DNA of 33,174 nucleotides, taken from IMG/VR virus record IMGVR_UViG_3300044450_000017; one strand, given 5' to 3'. The translations under genes were made by a program, and so were the position numbers. The stretch comes from a virus. The notes under the pieces were generated by a model. The model was not told where the DNA came from. It ran no database searches and saw only the letters and a program-made list of their open reading frames with translations. Of the stretch, positions 31,157 to 33,174 are shown piece after piece. Numbering within the stretch: position 1 is the stretch's first letter; each line of letters begins with the position of its first letter.

Positions 31157-32331
31157 ATCAGCTTATAATGAACGTAAAAATTATTAAAACTTTCTCCTTG
31201 GAACGGTTCGGTTCTGCCGTGTTCGCATATAGCGCTTTCGTATAAAATCATTTCGCCTGGTTCTGCATATACTTTATGCCATTCTCCGTTATGGTCTTGT
31301 ATATCTAGCGGCCAATCTTCGCCAAATTCTTTATGCGAACAACCGCAACGCAAATCTTTATCTACTATTATAATGCTGCTAATATGGTGCGTTTCTACCC
31401 TATCGACGTGCTTTATTAAAGTGGCGCCTTTTTTATAAGACCTTATGCCATATATAAAAGTTGGCTCAATTTTTTGACCGCAAAACTTTTCGTGTATAGG
31501 CTGCAATTGCTTGTGTATTAATGACCTTATGCTAGTCAAATGCTCAAACGAATATATATCGCTGCCGCCGCCTATTATTACGTTTTCTTTACCCTCAAAA
31601 ACTTCTTCTGTTTTTTTGTTTTTTAAAATCTCGTATGCGTCTTTTATTATGGCCCAGGTTTCTGCTGGAACCTTTACGACCTTAAAACCTTTTTCTGTTA
31701 ATTTTGGTATTTGTTCTTTGCTAGTGTACACTTTTGGTTTATTTAATTTTTCAAATAAATTAGCGTCTTCGGCGCCATTCCAATCGTTTTCGCGCCACCA
31801 AGAAGTTATTATATATTTAATTCCTTTTGTTATTGTGGTACCTTCGTGCATTGTTTCTGGCTGCGGTTCGCCGTCAATTGTGTTTTCCCAAACTACCGCC
31901 TTACCTAATTCTGGCTTTATTATTTTTCCCAATTTAGGAAAACTAGTGCCGCCACCATCGAAATCGTCGTTTAAATAAATCATAAACGTAAATGTACGGT
32001 TGCCACTAGACAGGCAATGTTTGTCGTAAGCATCGCCACTAAAATAGTCGTTATGCTCTTTAAAGAATTGCCCTACTTCGTATTTTTGACCTTGTAAATC
32101 TTCTCCCTTTTTAATATCCAAACCTAAATTGTCGGCTATTTTTTGGTGTATAGATTTTACGGTTGGGTCATTAGGCGCCAAATTAGAAGTGCTGGAAGTT
32201 CGTGTTTCTGAAATACCGCTTCTGTCTGTTCCGCCAACTACAACGCTAGAACGTACGTTGTTGGCCTCAATCATTTCGACTAAAGCCTGGCACTCATTTT
32301 TGCTAAGAAATCCATTTATTTCTTTTACCAT
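31153..32331 (-). CDS. Fused double 2OG-Fe(II) dioxygenase (392 aa): an N-terminal prolyl-4-hydroxylase-like domain plus a second HxD...H dioxygenase domain
   Basis: Domain 1 has FLSKNECQALV, RTSSTSNL, EDLQGQKYEVGQFFKEHNDYF (HxD), NRTFTFMIYLNDDFDGGGTSFP, GKAVVWEN, MHEGTTITKGIK (His, with Lys at +10) and ITSWWRE. Domain 2 has YGIRSYKKGATLIKHVDRVETHH (HxD), EPGEMILYES and CEHGR. Confidence 0.8.
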   Translation of the reverse strand: MVKEINGFLSKNECQALVEMIEANNVRSSVVVGGTDRSGISETRTSSTSNLAPNDPTVKSIHQKIADNLGLDIKKGEDLQGQKYEVGQFFKEHNDYFSGDAYDKHCLSSGNRTFTFMIYLNDDFDGGGTSFPKLGKIIKPELGKAVVWENTIDGEPQPETMHEGTTITKGIKYIITSWWRENDWNGAEDANLFEKLNKPKVYTSKEQIPKLTEKGFKVVKVPAETWAIIKDAYEILKNKKTEEVFEGKENVIIGGGSDIYSFEHLTSIRSLIHKQLQPIHEKFCGQKIEPTFIYGIRSYKKGATLIKHVDRVETHHISSIIIVDKDLRCGCSHKEFGEDWPLDIQDHNGEWHKVYAEPGEMILYESAICEHGRTEPFQGESFNNFYVHYKLI

Positions 32332-32343
32332 AACATATTTATT

Positions 32344-33174
32344 TTAGCAAGCGTTTCTTTGCGCTACTACAATACCGCCGTTACTTATTTGAACTTGATA
32401 AGTTGCTGCAAAATCTGACGTTGTACCAACTCCATACCATTTAAAGTCTCCATCAAATGGATTAGTACCGTTAGAATCTACAAACCATCTGCCGTCTAAT
32501 TTAGTCGCTTGTGTTTCAAAATCGCCTTCATAATAAGCAGTAAATGCTAAAAACTCAAAACATTGGTTATCTGTTGTTGAACCGTTTGTTTCACTAGCCG
32601 TTATTCCCCCTTGCGTTACCAAAACTGGCGGTGTAGGTGTAGGTGTAGGCGTAGGTGCAACTGGAACCGGTGTTGGCGCAGTAGGAACTGGCGTAGGCGT
32701 AGGGGTTGGCGCAACTGGTACTGGCGTCGGAGCAACCGGAACAGGTGTCGGCGCTACTGGTACCGGTGTCGGAGCAACTGGTACTGGCGTAGGTACTGGA
32801 CCTTCACATTCACTACAACCGTTATTTAATGGGTAACCTGTTACGTCAATAGAATTTTCGTCCCCTGCATTTGCGTCGTATTGTGCTTTAGTTGCGCCAT
32901 TTTCAGCATAGTAACAAGAACCAAATATACTAATTGAAGTCGCCGCTTCTTTATTAGCACTAACTATATATGTAGACGTTGTTCTTACAACCCTATCAAT
33001 AGACGCTGCGCATCTGTTCATAAAGTAATAGTTGTAAGGGTCTACTGGTACTGGTGTAGGCGCTACCGGTACTGGAGTTGGAGCCGTTGGCACAGGAGTA
33101 GGCGCAACCGGTACAGGCGTTGGTGCAACAGGCACCGGTACAGGCGTTGGTGCAACAGGCACCGGTACAGGCGT
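32344..33174 (-). CDS. C-terminal part of the wrap-around 1167-aa tail-tip protein. The unique part is 32344..33047; 33048..33174 duplicates 1..127.
   Basis: Stop TAA at 32344-32346. The GTG start given by the track is an artefact of the window edge, because the frame is continuous with 1..2800 across the circular join. Confidence 0.85.
   Translation of the reverse strand, partial: TPVPVPVAPTPVPVPVAPTPVPVAPTPVPTAPTPVPVAPTPVPVDPYNYYFMNRCAASIDRVVRTTSTYIVSANKEAATSISIFGSCYYAENGATKAQYDANAGDENSIDVTGYPLNNGCSECEGPVPTPVPVAPTPVPVAPTPVPVAPTPVPVAPTPTPTPVPTAPTPVPVAPTPTPTPTPPVLVTQGGITASETNGSTTDNQCFEFLAFTAYYEGDFETQATKLDGRWFVDSNGTNPFDGDFKWYGVGTTSDFAATYQVQISNGGIVVAQRNAC
32626..32799 (-). repeat. Degenerate tandem repeats encoding Pro/Thr/Val/Ala linker 2 (58 aa)
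   Basis: Translation is [59 protein letters not shown]. The segment is GC-rich within an AT-rich genome. Confidence 0.9.
33048..33174. repeat. Terminal direct repeat, identical to 1..127
   Basis: Exact 127/127 match with the window start. Confidence 0.95.

Noticed and set aside
32611-32829. A 72-aa Arg/Cys/Trp-rich plus-strand ORF (MRYQNWRCRCRCRRRCNW...).
   Set aside because: It is the antisense reading of the Pro/Thr/Val repeat (GGN/ACN/GTN codons) of linker 2, so it is a compositional artefact.

Overview
The window is a complete, circularly closed genome of an AT-rich dsDNA phage with a long non-contractile tail. Bases 1-127 are identical to 33048-33174, so the unique length is 33,047 bp. 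Every credible gene is on the minus strand; all plus-strand ORFs in the track look like shadows of minus-strand genes.

Transcription order, from high to low coordinates:
- **Early and replication block (30207 to 22411):** a small HTH protein, a possible annealing protein, an SSB ending in DDDLPF, a RecE-like PD-(D/E)xK exonuclease, a VRR-NUC nuclease, a winged-helix replication initiator, a T7 gp4-like primase-helicase and a ParB-like protein.
- **Packaging and head block (22409 to 16167):** TerS, TerL, portal, Mu F/SPP1 gp7-like protein, HK97-type prohead protease and major capsid protein.
- **Terminator-bracketed island:** small ORFs plus an I-Ssp6803I-like PD-(D/E)xK endonuclease.
- **Head-tail joining genes.**
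- **A lysis cassette in an unusual position:** holin-like proteins, a YkuD/DUF5675-like endolysin candidate and a unimolecular spanin.
- **Fibre genes**, including a 901-aa LamG protein with a 2x3 internal repeat.
- **Tail core:** major tail protein, G/GT chaperones with a canonical A_AAA_AAG -1 frameshift, and the tape measure protein.
- **A 1167-aa tail-tip protein** that wraps around the window junction and is therefore missing from the ORF track.

The most interesting signal is the end of the late operon. The tail-tip protein carries about 149-aa and 58-aa PTPVPVA-type proline-rich linkers. It is followed immediately by a fused double 2OG-Fe(II) dioxygenase whose N-terminal half is a clear prolyl-4-hydroxylase-like domain. 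Next comes a translationally coupled GT-A-like gene, then a strong terminator. I read this as a candidate phage-encoded system that hydroxylates, and possibly glycosylates, proline in a virion protein.

Promoter-like TAnnTTTG/TAYYTTTAC motifs, the lack of Shine-Dalgarno-type spacing and the protein families point to a Bacteroidota (Flavobacteriia-type) host. No integrase, DNA polymerase, tRNA or CRISPR array was seen.
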